From an uncultured Thermococci archaeon (lineage in GTDB: Archaea; Methanobacteriota_B; Thermococci; Methanofastidiosales; Methanofastidiosaceae): a DNA stretch of 63,490 bases. Each line of letters begins with the position of its first letter. The first letter of the stretch is position 1. The notes under the pieces are model-generated. The model saw nothing but the letters and a program-made list of their open reading frames with translations. It was not told the DNA's origin and searched no databases. Location of the stretch: positions 1 to 63,490 of the forward strand of contig CAZFRW010000002.1 in NCBI GenBank assembly GCA_964521515.1, written 5' to 3'. The position numbers and the translations under genes are program-made. Shown here piece after piece: positions 28,966 to 40,218 of the stretch.

Positions 28966-31803
28966 TTAAGTTAATATTCCATCTCTTTTTAATACTTCTT
29001 CAAGGAATCTTCCAGTATGGCTCTTTGGAGATTTTATTACATCTTCAGGTTTGCCTTCGACTATAATCTCTCCTCCTCTTTGACCGCCTTCTGGACCAAG
29101 GTCAATTATATAATCGGCAGTTTTAATTACGTCCATGTTATGTTCTATAACGAGAACAGTATTTCCATTTTCTCTTAGGCGCAAAAGAACATCGAGCAGT
29201 TTTTTAACATCGTGAAAATGAAGCCCAGTTGTGGGCTCATCTAATATATAGAGAGTTCTCCCTGTAGCTTTCTTGGACAACTCCTTTGACAATTTTACTC
29301 TTTGTGCTTCTCCTCCTGAAAGGGTAGTTGCAGGTTGTCCAACTTTAATGTAGGATAGGCCTACGTCATAAAGAGTTTGAAGTTTGTTTTTTAGAGGGGG
29401 GATGTTTTCAAAAAAGTTTAAAGCTTCTTCAACTGTCATATTGAGAATCTCAGAAATTGATTTTCCTTTGTATTTTACAGTTAAAGTTTCTCTGTTGTAT
29501 CTTTCACCTTTACACTCTTCACATTTAACATAAACATCAGGTAAAAAATGCATTTCAATTTTAATTAGCCCGTCCCCTCTGCAATTTTCACACCGCCCTC
29601 CTTTCACATTAAAAGAAAATCTGCCTTTCTTAAATCCCCTCCTTTTTGATTCAGGAAGCTCAGAAAAAAGCTCCCTTATCGGAGTAAATAAACCGGTATA
29701 AGTTGCAGGATTTGATCTGGGGCTCCTACCAATTGGACTTTGGTCAATAATAATGACTTTATCAATATTTTCAATTCCTAAAATTTCATCGTGGTCACCA
29801 GGATTATCTAAGGCCCTATAAAATTTCTTTGCTAACTCCTTGTATAGTATTTCATTAATCAAAGTACTTTTACCGCTGCCAGAAACTCCAGTAACACATA
29901 CGAATAATCCCAGAGGGATTTTTACATCAATATTTTTTAGATTAAAATGTCTTGCACCTTTAATTGTGATATAAGTATTACTTTGTTTTCGAACCTTTGG
30001 AACATCGATTTTAATTTTTTTTGACAGATATTTTCCTGTTAGTGAATCAGGATTTTCCATAACTTCTTGAGGAGAACCAACTGCAACAACTTCTCCTCCG
30101 TGCACACCTGCCCCTGGCCCTATATCTACGAGGTAGTCGGAAGAGAGCATCATTTCTTCGTCATGTTCAATGACAATTACTGTGTTTCCTATGTCCCTCA
30201 ATCTTTTTAACATAACAATCAATTTTGCATTGTCTCTTTGATGAAGCCCTATACTTGGCTCATCTAAAATATAAAGAACTCCAACAAGTTGCGATCCTAT
30301 TTGAGTTGCAAGCCTGATTCTTTGGGATTCTCCCCCTGAAAGAGTACCCGCCCTCCTATTAAGAGTCAAGTAGTCAAGCCCTACACTCAAAAGAAATCCC
30401 AATCTAGCCTTTATTTCTTTTAAAATCTGTTTTGAAATAATTATTTCTTTTTCAGTGAGCTTTTGATCAAGGTCAGTGAAAAACTTATAACAACTACTAA
30501 TTTGAAGTTCAGTGACATCAATTATCGAACTATCCTGAATCTTTACAGATAAAGCTTCAGGTTTCAATCTTTTACCTTTGCAAACTTCACATGGTTTCAG
30601 CCGGATGTATTTCTCAAATTGTTCCTTTCTATATTCAGAATCTGTCTCCTTATACACCCTCTCAAGCCAAGGTATTATCCCTTCATATGTCCCTTCGTAT
30701 GTCCAATAGGATGGCGTATTTCGAGAACGATAATTGTACCTTACTTTATCAGTTGTACCATATAATAAAATATCAAGATGATTTTTTGACAAATCCTTAA
30801 CTGGTACATCAAGTCTAAAATTAAACTTTTTAGAGATGGCCTCCAGAGTCTGCCTTCTAAATCCTTCTAATTTAGTATTCCATACATCTACTGCACCTTC
30901 GATAAGAGAAAGATCTTTGTTTGGGATAATAAGATCTGGATCAAACTCTTGCTTAAATCCAAGCCCATGACAAGAAGGGCATGCGCCGTAAGGACTATTA
31001 AATGAAAACATTCTAGGCGTTATTTCTTCTAAACTTATGCCACAATCAGTACATGCAAAGTGCTCAGAAAATGTTTTTCTTTCATCATTAATGTCCACGA
31101 ATACTATTCCTTCTCCCTTTTTTAACGCCAACTCTATATCCTCATAAAGTCTTGGAGATATTTCTTCTTTTAGGATAATCCGATCTATTATTATATTGAT
31201 ATCGTGTTTTTTGTACCTCTCAAGTCTTATTTCTACATTTAATTCTTTTATTTCTCCATCTACTTCAGCCCTTGCAAAGCCTTCTTGATTTATTTCCTTA
31301 AGTAATGTTGAATACTCCCCTTTTCTACCACGCACAACTGGGGACAGAATAGTTACTTTTGTGCCGTTGGGATAAGATAAAATCTGATCGGTGATCTCAG
31401 TTACAGTTTGTTGTTTTATTTGTTTGCCGCAATTTGAACAATAAGGTATCCCTATCCTTGCGTAAAGAAGTCTTAAATAATCATAAATCTCTGTAACGGT
31501 ACCAACGGTGGATCTTGGATTTTTTGAAGTTGTTTTTTGTTCAATTGAAATTGCAGGCGATAGGCCTTCAATGTATTCAACATCAGGTTTTTCCATTAGG
31601 CCTAAAAATTGTCTTGCATATGCAGATAGAGATTCAACATAACGCCGCTGACCTTCTGCATAAATAGTATCAAATGCAAGAGAAGACTTACCAGATCCCG
31701 AAACTCCAGTTACTACGATAAGCTTATCTCTGGGCAATTGAACATCTATATTCTTAAGATTGTGTTCTGAAGCGCCTTTTACGGTGATGTAGTCGGTACC
31801 CAT
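28966..31803 (-). CDS. uvrA: Excinuclease ABC subunit A
   Basis: 945 aa. Two ABC modules ([14 protein letters not shown]; [13 protein letters not shown]; [12 protein letters not shown]; [12 protein letters not shown]) and zinc modules ([13 protein letters not shown]; [14 protein letters not shown]). Confidence 0.95.
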   Translation of the reverse strand: MGTDYITVKGASEHNLKNIDVQLPRDKLIVVTGVSGSGKSSLAFDTIYAEGQRRYVESLSAYARQFLGLMEKPDVEYIEGLSPAISIEQKTTSKNPRSTVGTVTEIYDYLRLLYARIGIPYCSNCGKQIKQQTVTEITDQILSYPNGTKVTILSPVVRGRKGEYSTLLKEINQEGFARAEVDGEIKELNVEIRLERYKKHDINIIIDRIILKEEISPRLYEDIELALKKGEGIVFVDINDERKTFSEHFACTDCGISLEEITPRMFSFNSPYGACPSCHGLGFKQEFDPDLIIPNKDLSLIEGAVDVWNTKLEGFRRQTLEAISKKFNFRLDVPVKDLSKNHLDILLYGTTDKVRYNYRSRNTPSYWTYEGTYEGIIPWLERVYKETDSEYRKEQFEKYIRLKPCEVCKGKRLKPEALSVKIQDSSIIDVTELQISSCYKFFTDLDQKLTEKEIIISKQILKEIKARLGFLLSVGLDYLTLNRRAGTLSGGESQRIRLATQIGSQLVGVLYILDEPSIGLHQRDNAKLIVMLKRLRDIGNTVIVIEHDEEMMLSSDYLVDIGPGAGVHGGEVVAVGSPQEVMENPDSLTGKYLSKKIKIDVPKVRKQSNTYITIKGARHFNLKNIDVKIPLGLFVCVTGVSGSGKSTLINEILYKELAKKFYRALDNPGDHDEILGIENIDKVIIIDQSPIGRSPRSNPATYTGLFTPIRELFSELPESKRRGFKKGRFSFNVKGGRCENCRGDGLIKIEMHFLPDVYVKCEECKGERYNRETLTVKYKGKSISEILNMTVEEALNFFENIPPLKNKLQTLYDVGLSYIKVGQPATTLSGGEAQRVKLSKELSKKATGRTLYILDEPTTGLHFHDVKKLLDVLLRLRENGNTVLVIEHNMDVIKTADYIIDLGPEGGQRGGEIIVEGKPEDVIKSPKSHTGRFLEEVLKRDGILT

Positions 31804-31960
31804 ATGAAATCATCAATCTACTTTACTTAAAAACTTCTTTGTTAGAAGTTATTTTTTAATCCTCAAAAAAAACGATAAAGTAAAGGTTTTTAGTTAAAAA
31901 TAATTTAGATTAGTTTAGAAAGAGCCATTATTAATAGAACAATATTCTAAATAAGTTATA

Positions 31961-32422
31961 TCAACCAAAAAGGGTATTATAGGTCAAATAAGAGAACACA
32001 ACCCCCACAATAAATCCACCTACCACTTGGGCCTCTGTATGTCCTAGCAATTCCTTTAATTCTTCATCGACTACCTTCCCCATACGTAATTTTTTCATAA
32101 TCTGGTTTATTACCTTCGCCTGTTGTCCAGTTTCCCACCTAATACCTGTTGCATCCTTCATTACTACAAAAGCAAATACAAGAGATAGCCAAAATACGGT
32201 GGACATTCCTTCATGCAAAAATATGGCGGTTGACAGTCCAATAACTGATGCCGTGTGAGAGCTTGGCATCCCCCCGTCTTGTATGGCGACTTGTATAGTT
32301 AAATGCTTCTTTTTGGTAGACTCATAAATTATTTTTCCAATAACAGAAGCTATGTAAGCGGCCAAAGTTGGAGAAATAATAGGATTATAAAAAAAATTAA
32401 CTATATTTGTTATTAGACTCAC
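31961..32422 (-). CDS. Divergent PAP2-family membrane protein (DUF212, acid phosphatase/vanadium haloperoxidase-related)
   Basis: 153 aa and multi-TM, with GGMPSSHTASVIGLSTAI and LLGHTEAQVVGG motifs. Confidence 0.7.
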   Translation of the reverse strand: MSLITNIVNFFYNPIISPTLAAYIASVIGKIIYESTKKKHLTIQVAIQDGGMPSSHTASVIGLSTAIFLHEGMSTVFWLSLVFAFVVMKDATGIRWETGQQAKVINQIMKKLRMGKVVDEELKELLGHTEAQVVGGFIVGVVFSYLTYNTLFG

Positions 32423-32471
32423 AATTTAATTATTTATTAAATAGTTTAAATAGTTTTTGAAAAAAAATATA

Positions 32472-32828
32472 TTATTTTGCTTCTTTGCTAATAAGGCATA
32501 AAATACCGCCTACAAGCATTATTAGGTCCAGGGGTGGTAATAAACTTGATATTATAGCGTACATACCTGCTTTGTTGAAATTTTTCAGATTTGTTGAAGA
32601 TAATGCCATGAAACCAATTATTAATCCTAAAATCTTGATAACTGCTACGAATACTATTAAGAATCCAATAAAAATAGGAAATCCCATAGGATACCTCATA
32701 GAGAATAATGCTCTAAATCCAAATCCAATAATAATTCCAAAAATCATAACTACTCCTAATAGGAGAGATACCAAAATCAATATTTTCCCAATCTTTGCTT
32801 CGTTACTAAGTCCTTCTACGTCTAACAT
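32472..32828 (-). CDS. Small polytopic membrane protein, unknown function
   Basis: 118 aa with 4 predicted TM helices. No recognisable motif. Confidence 0.4.
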   Translation of the reverse strand: MLDVEGLSNEAKIGKILILVSLLLGVVMIFGIIIGFGFRALFSMRYPMGFPIFIGFLIVFVAVIKILGLIIGFMALSSTNLKNFNKAGMYAIISSLLPPLDLIMLVGGILCLISKEAK

Positions 32829-32875
32829 TTTTATACCTCCAATAATTCTAATCTAGATAATTAGAAATCTTTAAA

Positions 32876-33568
32876 TTATTTGTGGATTTCTCGTAGTTTA
32901 ATTCGCTCTAAAATTTTGGGATTTTTTAATTCTCTTAATGCATCGGCAGCTATCCACTTTGCAGATTTGGAATCTATTCTTTGAATATTTAGTGCATATT
33001 CAATTGCATTCTTATACAAAAAAATATTTCTCTTGCCTATTTGCCTTAGGGCCCAATTTACTGCTTTCTTAACATATATTCTTTCATCTGTTGACCCTTT
33101 ATAAATCTCAGACAAAAATTTTAAGAAATCTTCATCTCTTCTAGTTTTATCATGAACGGCAAAAACTGCCATTAGAACATATCCTGCCCTTTTAACAAAT
33201 TCTTCATCCCTTTTACACCACTCAAAAGATTTATTATAGGACAAAGTATTTTTCCAGAAAAGATTATTGCAAACTTGGTCACATATATCCCAAGAATCAA
33301 AATCTTTAACCCAGCTTTCCAACTGTTCCTCTGTGAGTTCTTTTGGGTCATCTACCATGCTTGCAAGAATTTTTGTCTCATGAAAATCTGCTCCCCATAG
33401 TTCTATGGCTAGTTTGTGATTTGTTCCTATTTGTTTTGCCAATAGTCTTAATTTCGGAATTGAAACTCCAAATGCCTTATCTGTATTGATTCCATATCTT
33501 GACATTCCCTCAGATACAGCAGAACTAGAAAGTGATTTTAATTTTTCTAGAATAGATTGAAATTCCAT
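32876..33568 (-). CDS. DNA alkylation repair protein (AlkD-like HEAT-repeat family)
   Basis: 230 aa. YGINTDKAFGVSIPKLRLLAKQIG.NH.LA.ELW....HE.KILA and VKKAVNWALR fit the family pattern. Confidence 0.65.
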   Translation of the reverse strand: MEFQSILEKLKSLSSSAVSEGMSRYGINTDKAFGVSIPKLRLLAKQIGTNHKLAIELWGADFHETKILASMVDDPKELTEEQLESWVKDFDSWDICDQVCNNLFWKNTLSYNKSFEWCKRDEEFVKRAGYVLMAVFAVHDKTRRDEDFLKFLSEIYKGSTDERIYVKKAVNWALRQIGKRNIFLYKNAIEYALNIQRIDSKSAKWIAADALRELKNPKILERIKLREIHK

Positions 33569-33637
33569 ATACGGAAGAATTGAACTAAATTAATAAAGAT
33601 TGTCTAAGAAGAAATTGAATAAAATATTAAAATAAAG

Positions 33638-33644
33638 AAAAAAA
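33638..33644 (-). terminator. Oligo-T tract downstream of the thermosome gene
   Basis: A T7 run on the minus strand 11-17 nt after the stop codon, which is the archaeal intrinsic terminator style. Confidence 0.35.
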
Positions 33645-33654
33645 TATTTTTATA

Positions 33655-35322
33655 TTACATCATTCCAGGCATCCCACCGGGCATGCCGCCCATACCGCCC
33701 ATATCCATGTCATCGTCGCCGCCCATTCCTTTTCTCTTACCTATTCCGCTTGCAGCGATAACGTCATCGATTCTTAATATCATTATGGCGGATTCAGAAG
33801 CACTCTTTACTGCCTGTTCTTTTATTCTGAGTGGTTCCACAACTCCGGCCTTCATCATATCTTTAACTTTACCGTCAAAGACATCAATTCCGTACCTCTT
33901 GTGGTCTTTTGTTTCATGTGAAGCTTTGAGTGCAACGATTGTATCAATTGGGTCCATACCTGCATTTTCAGCTAAAGTTCTTGGGATTACTTCCATTGCC
34001 TGTGCAAATGCCTTAACAGCTAACTGTTCTCTGCCACTAATCTTTTCTGCGTATTCGTTAAGTCTCTTGGATAGTTCCATCTCAGCAGCTCCCCCGCCGG
34101 CACAAATAGTTCCATCTTCGATTGCTGTGGATATAACACCAATTGCATCTTCAAGGGCCCTTTCTACTTCCTCTAAAAAGTGCTCAGTTCCCCCCCTTAA
34201 CAATAAGCTTACTGCTTTTGGATCCTTGCATCCTTCGACAAATGTCATTTCGTCTCCGCCAATCTTTTTCTCTTCGACAGAGCCTGCGTTACCAAGATCC
34301 TTTGCTTCAAGATCAGATATTTTGTTTACAACTCTTGCACCTGTTGCTTTAGCTAGTTTCTTCATGTCGCTCTTTTTGACTCTTCTTGCAGCGTATATTC
34401 CGCTCTTTGCAAGGTAGTGCTGAGCTAGATCATCAATACCTTTCTGACAAAATACAACTGTTGCTCCAGATGCCTTTATCTGGTCAACCATCTTCTTTAG
34501 CATTGCTTCTTCTTGATCTAAGAATGCTTGAAGCTGGTCTGGGGAAGTAATTCTAATTTCTGCATCTGTCTCTGTTTCTTTTACTTCAAGTGCACAATCG
34601 AGCAAAGCTATTTTTGCGTCTTTTAGTTTCTTTGGCATACCGTCGTGGACTCTTTCCTTGTCAATAATTAATCCCTGGATGAGTTTTGAATCTTCTACAC
34701 TTCCACCTTCTTTCTTTTCTACCTTAATGTCCTCAGTTTCAACAGTGTAATTTCCGTTTTCTTTTACAGCTACCTGCTTTACTGCTTTAAGTGCTAAAGG
34801 TGCTAATGTATCCTTTGATTTTTCTGCACCCTTTCCAGTCATTGCTGTCTTTGCGATTTCAAGGAGTATCTCTTCGTCATTAATTGAAATCTTGTCGCCA
34901 ACCTCTTTCAATATTTCTTCAGCTTTTTCAGCTGCAAGTTTGTAACCAGATGCAACAACTGTTGCATGTACATCTTGATCGAGAAGATCTTCGGCCTTTT
35001 TTAGAAGCTCTCCGGCAATAACAACGGCTGTTGTTGTACCGTCTCCAACTTCCTCATCCTGTGTCTTTGCTACTTCAACAATCATTTTTGCTGCTGGATG
35101 AGCAATGTCCATCTCGCTAAGGATTGTAGCGCCATCATTTGTGATAACTACGTCTCCAAGTGAGTCAACGAGCATTTTGTCCATACCTCTTGGACCAAGT
35201 GTCGTTTTTACTGTTTCTGCTACTATTCTTCCAGCAAGAATATTCATTCTTTGAGCATCTCTGCCCATAAATCTCTGAGCGCCTTCAGGTTGGACACTCA
35301 TTGGTTGTCTAATTTCTGCCAT
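33655..35322 (-). CDS. ths: Thermosome subunit (group II chaperonin)
   Basis: [31 protein letters not shown] and a C-terminal [14 protein letters not shown] tail. Confidence 0.95.
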   Translation of the reverse strand: MAEIRQPMSVQPEGAQRFMGRDAQRMNILAGRIVAETVKTTLGPRGMDKMLVDSLGDVVITNDGATILSEMDIAHPAAKMIVEVAKTQDEEVGDGTTTAVVIAGELLKKAEDLLDQDVHATVVASGYKLAAEKAEEILKEVGDKISINDEEILLEIAKTAMTGKGAEKSKDTLAPLALKAVKQVAVKENGNYTVETEDIKVEKKEGGSVEDSKLIQGLIIDKERVHDGMPKKLKDAKIALLDCALEVKETETDAEIRITSPDQLQAFLDQEEAMLKKMVDQIKASGATVVFCQKGIDDLAQHYLAKSGIYAARRVKKSDMKKLAKATGARVVNKISDLEAKDLGNAGSVEEKKIGGDEMTFVEGCKDPKAVSLLLRGGTEHFLEEVERALEDAIGVISTAIEDGTICAGGGAAEMELSKRLNEYAEKISGREQLAVKAFAQAMEVIPRTLAENAGMDPIDTIVALKASHETKDHKRYGIDVFDGKVKDMMKAGVVEPLRIKEQAVKSASESAIMILRIDDVIAASGIGKRKGMGGDDDMDMGGMGGMPGGMPGMM

Positions 35323-35370
35323 AATTTACACCTCATTAAAAATATTGCTAGTTTTTGATGTATTAGAAGT

Positions 35371-35386
35371 GATATAAAAAGCTTTC
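35371..35386 (-). promoter_or_regulatory. BRE/TATA-like promoter of the thermosome gene
   Basis: The minus strand reads GAAAGC-TTTTTATATC about 50-65 nt upstream of the ATG, and GAGGTG lies 8 nt upstream of the ATG. Confidence 0.45.
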
Positions 35387-35456
35387 TATTTGAAATATAG
35401 ATAGAATAGAAATAAAAAACTTTTTTAGATAAGAATAATAAAATTATTATTTATTT

Positions 35457-36173
35457 TTATAGATTAAACATTACAATTGAACCAACGTCTTTTTCTAGTT
35501 CCACCTGTATTTCTGTACTCTCTTTTATTGAATTTTTTATTTCATAAAAAAGTGGTTCAAAAGTCTTTGAGCCGTAAACATTAAGGAAAATAATATTGTG
35601 CTCGACCATATTTTTATCAATTTCAATTTTAGAGGTAACTTTTGATACCTCAAGCCCCGATTCATACAAGAACCTTAATAATTTTCTATTTACGGCAACT
35701 ATTTTCTCATTGAATACAAGGGATAAGGATAGGATTTTTGAGCAGATAATTGCAGTTTGTTCCGGCATCGTCTCAGAAAATTTATTATAAAGATTTCTCC
35801 AACTTTTATTATAGACTTCCATCTCGTCTTTTTCCATACCCTCTCTAAGTTTTGTATATCCTAATTCAACTTCTTTTTTTAGAACGTATTCTTTTATTGT
35901 TCTAATTTTTATTCCCTTTTCTATAAGGGTTTCATAAAAAGTCCTTATTTCTTCGTCTTTAGGAACTGGTCCCTTTGCCCAATAGGATAAGACTCTGACC
36001 TGCTCACCTAAGAGCTCTTCTCCTCTATGAACTTTCATAAGAATATCTACAAGTTCTTCAGGCATTATTACCTCTTCAATGTGCAAGGATTTCATCAATG
36101 ATTCGGCTTGAGAATATTTACTTTTTGAAACAAAAAGTGACACATCACATATAGCCGTGCTTTTATTCAACAA
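35457..36173 (-). CDS. Hypothetical protein
   Basis: 238-aa ORF with a TTG start; in-frame Met alternatives exist (MKSLHIEE.., MPEELV..). No motif recognised. It is co-directional with the luxE/luxC-like genes upstream. Confidence 0.4.
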   Translation of the reverse strand: MLNKSTAICDVSLFVSKSKYSQAESLMKSLHIEEVIMPEELVDILMKVHRGEELLGEQVRVLSYWAKGPVPKDEEIRTFYETLIEKGIKIRTIKEYVLKKEVELGYTKLREGMEKDEMEVYNKSWRNLYNKFSETMPEQTAIICSKILSLSLVFNEKIVAVNRKLLRFLYESGLEVSKVTSKIEIDKNMVEHNIIFLNVYGSKTFEPLFYEIKNSIKESTEIQVELEKDVGSIVMFNL

Positions 36174-36198
36174 ATCACCAAAAAAAATAAATATTTAA

Positions 36199-36432
36199 TT
36201 ATACAGAAATTACTATGGCGGTTGTTGTATCAATTACACCATCAATGTAATGAATCTGTTGGATTACGGTTTTAGTTAGCTCGCCTAGATCGTTTGCTTT
36301 TATTTTTGCAATGGCGTCATATGGGCCAGTTATAACATCCGCTTCTATTACTCCTTCAATTGTCTTTACAGCTTCAATTACTTCTTTTATTTTACCAATT
36401 GAGACTGTTATTAAAACATATGCATATACCAT
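36199..36432 (-). CDS. Stand-alone Lrp/AsnC ligand-binding (RAM) domain protein
   Basis: 77 aa. MVYAYVLITV..GKIKEVIEAVKTIEGVIEADVITGPYDAIAKIKA shows the typical RAM-domain beta-alpha-beta pattern without an HTH. Confidence 0.7.
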   Translation of the reverse strand: MVYAYVLITVSIGKIKEVIEAVKTIEGVIEADVITGPYDAIAKIKANDLGELTKTVIQQIHYIDGVIDTTTAIVISV

Positions 36433-36533
36433 TAAAGCACCTATAGTATATTAGCATATAAAGTATTTAAATATTTCTTTTTTGATTTCAAAATAGAGAA
36501 AAAATAATACTTGTTTTAATAAAATAAGTGATT

Positions 36534-38099
36534 TTAACGAATATCAATTGGCAGGTTAAAAACTCCATTTTTAATAACTTCATTCTTAATTTTAGTTAGC
36601 TCTTTTATCTCATTTTCAAAGTCTATTGCATTTATAGAAGACCAATGAATTTTATCGGGAATAAAGAATTCATATACTGGATAGTTACCATCCCACGCCT
36701 CGCCTAGCCTTGGCAATGCTACAGTCCCAACAACTCTAATATTCGAAAATCCGGTCTTTCCCATTAAATCAGATATTTTTTGAAGTCTATTGTTTCCTAT
36801 AGCAACTCCAGCGGTCTGTAGATACTCCTTCCATGGCTTCAGTTTATCAATTACCTCTTCAAGACTTTTTACACCAAAGACACGTATTAGTCTGTTTTGG
36901 CCTATGGGATTTAGATTAAAATTTGATTCATATATTACTGCAAAGTTGTGCCCCGAAGAAGGAAAAATCCTTTGGCCGCCGTCAAATTCTGGCCTTGATA
37001 TTATTTCTCCGATTTTAACTTCTCTTAATTTTCTGAAAAAATTAGTCTGGGGTATTGATCTTGATATTTTTTCCATTTCACCAGCTAATGCTTCTGCAAA
37101 TTCTATTGGACTAAGCTCTCCCCCTTCCTCGACAAAAAATCCAAAAGCAGGAGAACCACACATATAACCCTCATACCCTATCCCGTCGATTGCAACAAGG
37201 CCCGCTACGTCTCTGTTTGCCATCTCTCGCCCAATTAGCTCAATTCCAAATTTTCCACCGTGATAACATCCCTTGATGGGGTTACCCTCTCGATTTAATT
37301 CATCTATCCGGTTCTTAACTGACATTGCAGTTTGAGTGCTGGAAACTACACTAACTACATTTGAGTTTCTGAATATTACGTCCTCGATGGATTGATCTCC
37401 TCCGGCCCAGGGCACCACTGCAATTGTTTCGCCAATCTCTTTACTCTTTTCTGCAACAGATTCGGCGTATAGGGGCGCAAAAAGAGGTTGAACTGAAGGT
37501 GTTTTAATTAGACCTGATGCCTTTACAATGCTTGCTATAAATATCCCAAGACTTTCGATAAATCCAGGCACATTTGAGGGGGTTATGTACGTCACTAGCT
37601 CCAATTCTTTATCGTACTGAGATATATTTTTTAGAGCTATTTTGTCTCTAAATCCAGCATATGCCCTAACAAAGGTGTTTGCGCCGTCAATAGGGGTAAA
37701 ATTCTTAAACACCTCGGGAGGTATGTTTAAGTTTGATAAGAAATTAATGGTCTTCTCATCGATTTTGTATATGGATCTAAATTGAAAAAATTCTATTAAC
37801 TCAGGAGAAAGATTTGTTAGTACTGGAAGTAATTCAAGAGCAATCTTCTTTTTCGGATAGTTATTATCTGACCAGGTTCTGGATACGCCCCCATATACCT
37901 TAGCAATTTCTGGGAAGGGCATATCTGCGAGATATTTTTTTCTATTTTCTTTAAGGTCACTTACTATTTCCTTTATATTGTCTTGATTAATAGTAGGCAG
38001 CAACAAAGTATAGTCATTAACCTTTCTCTCACTAAATTCCATTTCTTTTTCTATTGACTTTAGAGATTTAGGGAGGTAATAGCCTTTTAACTTTGACAT
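36534..38099 (-). CDS. LuxC-like acyl-CoA/acyl-protein reductase (aldehyde-forming)
   Basis: 521 aa. ITPSNVPGFIESLGIFIASIVKASGLIKTPSVQPLFAPLYAE..IAVVPWAGGDQSIEDVIF..NVVSVVSST follows the LuxC family pattern. A candidate catalytic Cys lies in YEGYMCGSP. Confidence 0.65.
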   Translation of the reverse strand: MSKLKGYYLPKSLKSIEKEMEFSERKVNDYTLLLPTINQDNIKEIVSDLKENRKKYLADMPFPEIAKVYGGVSRTWSDNNYPKKKIALELLPVLTNLSPELIEFFQFRSIYKIDEKTINFLSNLNIPPEVFKNFTPIDGANTFVRAYAGFRDKIALKNISQYDKELELVTYITPSNVPGFIESLGIFIASIVKASGLIKTPSVQPLFAPLYAESVAEKSKEIGETIAVVPWAGGDQSIEDVIFRNSNVVSVVSSTQTAMSVKNRIDELNREGNPIKGCYHGGKFGIELIGREMANRDVAGLVAIDGIGYEGYMCGSPAFGFFVEEGGELSPIEFAEALAGEMEKISRSIPQTNFFRKLREVKIGEIISRPEFDGGQRIFPSSGHNFAVIYESNFNLNPIGQNRLIRVFGVKSLEEVIDKLKPWKEYLQTAGVAIGNNRLQKISDLMGKTGFSNIRVVGTVALPRLGEAWDGNYPVYEFFIPDKIHWSSINAIDFENEIKELTKIKNEVIKNGVFNLPIDIR

Positions 38100-39434
38100 T
38101 TAGCCAGCCACCGTCTTTGCGAGTACTCCAGAACAGCCCCTACTTTCAATTCTTGGAAGTCTTTCAATGCTTAGGAGAATTGGAGTAGTTTTGTTACATG
38201 CTGGACAGCCATCGTAATCTATCTTCAATTTATCCCCAGTAGTAATAAACCCAGGGAAGGATTTTGAAGAAGGCTCGAGAAATGCATAAGTTCCAGTTAC
38301 TTTGCCTTCTTGAGGTATTGGTTCCATCTGATCGTCAAATAATATAACTTCCATCCAAGGTGGAACGTGTTTGTTGTTGGCCTCAGTGCAGTCAATCATT
38401 ATTGAATTTGATTCGGTCATACCGTAAAGATCAATATACCTCTTTGGATCTAATCCAAACGCCTCTTCAATCAACTCGTTCATTTTGTCTCTGCTGACAA
38501 CAGACTTGCCTTTAAAGCCCCCTGTTGAAGCCAAAAAACTATCTGCCCCTATCTTTGCATTAATCCCCTGTTCTAAAACATATTTCGCAGTTTCAATTAT
38601 CAAAAAAGGTGGCCCCATGAAAACGACTTTTTTCCCTTGATTTTCCTCAAGCTTATTTGCTATGTTTCTTATGGCGTTTTTCTCTAATCGCGGGAGCATC
38701 TTCTTAATAAAATAATTCATGACTTTCTCTTTTGAAGATCTTGGCCCTCTCATTCTTAATCTTATTATATCGGCTTTCAATTCTTCAAATGCGTGGAAAA
38801 CGTTCCCGGGGGATATGTGGTCAGCTACAACTTTTCCATTGAAGCCTACTTGTAAAAATGTTTTTTTTGGTATTCCAAGAATAAATTTCTCTTTGCCTTT
38901 GTCAAGTTTTAGAGTTGCATCGATTGCTTCGGTATATGATCTGATTAACATTGATCGGGTAAAGGAATCTCTTGGTAAAAATGTCAGTTTTCCAGTAGTG
39001 CCACTGCTAAATCCCAATAACATGCCATGAGAATAAAATTCTTCAAGAAAGCTTTCAAGAGAATCCATTCCCCGAGGGGTAAAGTCTATAGGAACTGAAG
39101 AGATTCTATCAACCCATTTCTTAAATTCTTGTGGGCTCTTCTCAGGTGATTCCATCTGGTAAGACTTGAATACCCCATCGGGGATTACAATTTTATGAAA
39201 GTCTTCAGATTTTATATCCCCATTAAGTCCTTTCAATTTACAATAATCATGGTAGAATTTATTGTTTTCAAAATGATATTTGTGGGACATTTTAATTGCT
39301 TTGTGCCTTAATTTTTTCACATCTTCTCTTTTTTTGAAATAGTTTTCAGAAGAAACAAGTTTTTCAATTAAGTCGGTATCATACATAAAAACACCAGATA
39401 CTATAATCCTCACCGAGAATTTGTTTAATTTCAA
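38100..39434 (-). CDS. LuxE-like acyl-protein synthetase / adenylate-forming enzyme
   Basis: 444 aa with the adenylation motif GFSSGTTGKLTFLPRD, and later YGMTES. Its stop abuts the luxC-like start with a 0-nt gap. The likely true start is Met17 (MYDTDLIEK, 39386). Confidence 0.65.
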   Translation of the reverse strand: MKLNKFSVRIIVSGVFMYDTDLIEKLVSSENYFKKREDVKKLRHKAIKMSHKYHFENNKFYHDYCKLKGLNGDIKSEDFHKIVIPDGVFKSYQMESPEKSPQEFKKWVDRISSVPIDFTPRGMDSLESFLEEFYSHGMLLGFSSGTTGKLTFLPRDSFTRSMLIRSYTEAIDATLKLDKGKEKFILGIPKKTFLQVGFNGKVVADHISPGNVFHAFEELKADIIRLRMRGPRSSKEKVMNYFIKKMLPRLEKNAIRNIANKLEENQGKKVVFMGPPFLIIETAKYVLEQGINAKIGADSFLASTGGFKGKSVVSRDKMNELIEEAFGLDPKRYIDLYGMTESNSIMIDCTEANNKHVPPWMEVILFDDQMEPIPQEGKVTGTYAFLEPSSKSFPGFITTGDKLKIDYDGCPACNKTTPILLSIERLPRIESRGCSGVLAKTVAG

Positions 39435-39656
39435 CTATCTGTATATAAAAAATTTTCGGTAAAGCTAAATTATAATTTTATATATTAATGAAAATAGTTA
39501 TAATTATAATAAATTTAAAATGATAATGTATCAGATGAAAATAGAATTGATAAATTGCTTCAGATTTCTTTATCGGGTATATTATGATTCACAATAGTTC
39601 CACTTTTATATTTACTAAATATTATTTAGGAATAATTAGAGATAATTTTTAATGAT

Positions 39657-39672
39657 AGAAAGTTTTATATAT
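39657..39672 (+). promoter_or_regulatory. BRE/TATA-like promoter for the tRNA-Asn/tRNA-Met pair
   Basis: AGAAAG-TTTTATATAT is centred ~29 nt upstream of the tRNA-Asn 5' end, which is canonical archaeal spacing. Confidence 0.5.
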
Positions 39673-39695
39673 GATTCTGAACTCGGAATCTTCAT

Positions 39696-39768
39696 GCCGC
39701 CATAGCTCAGTAGGTAGAGCGCTCGACTGTTAATCGAATGGTCGCAGGTTCGAGTCCTGCTGGCGGCG
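39696..39768 (+). tRNA. tRNA-Asn (anticodon GTT)
   Basis: Hand-folded: acceptor GCCGCCA/TGGCGGC, D-arm GCTC..GAGC, anticodon loop CTGTTAA, T-arm GCAGG TTCGAGT CCTGC. Confidence 0.9.
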
Positions 39769-39773
39769 CTTCT

Positions 39774-39847
<74 letters not shown>

Positions 39848-39856
39848 CACCGGATT

Positions 39857-40210
39857 CTAAATTCTCCCAACCATTGAAAGCCACTTTTCATAGCATTGTA
39901 TTGCCATTTTATAATCTCTTACGGCCCAAAAGTAACCATCACGTTTTAAGTAATATTCTGCATCCAAAAGATAATAATTTATTGCCGTATTGAAAAGAGT
40001 TTCGGCTCGCTCAGTATCTCCAGAATCCCAATAAAGCTCGGCAGATTTTCTAAAGTCCTCGGCCCCCCAAAAGAAATCTTTTTCTTCAACAAGAAAATTT
40101 GCAGCCTCCGTATAACTGTCCGCCGCATCTTGATAATAGCCCTCATCCTCAAAATTAATGGCGATTTTTTCAAGCTGTTCTACCCTTTTTTTAGTTTCGT
40201 CTCTTAACAA
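39857..40210 (-). CDS. Small TPR-like helical repeat protein
   Basis: 117 aa with repeated acidic/aromatic helix pairs (YYQDAADSYTEAANF, AEDFRKSAELYWDSGD, AETLFNTAINYY, YFWAVRDYKMAIQCY). Confidence 0.4.
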   Translation of the reverse strand: MLRDETKKRVEQLEKIAINFEDEGYYQDAADSYTEAANFLVEEKDFFWGAEDFRKSAELYWDSGDTERAETLFNTAINYYLLDAEYYLKRDGYFWAVRDYKMAIQCYEKWLSMVGRI

Positions 40211-40218
40211 TTAAGCAC

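Noticed and set aside
33683-34417. A 244-aa plus-strand ORF, with further shorter ones, inside the thermosome gene.
   Set aside because: It is antisense to a very well supported chaperonin CDS. Its translation is low-complexity Ser/Pro/Ile-rich, typical of shadow ORFs. The same reasoning applies to the other long antisense ORFs in the track, for example 309..560, 1331..1660, 2995..3447, 19092..19487, 45399..45827, 50864..51385 and 62368..62802.
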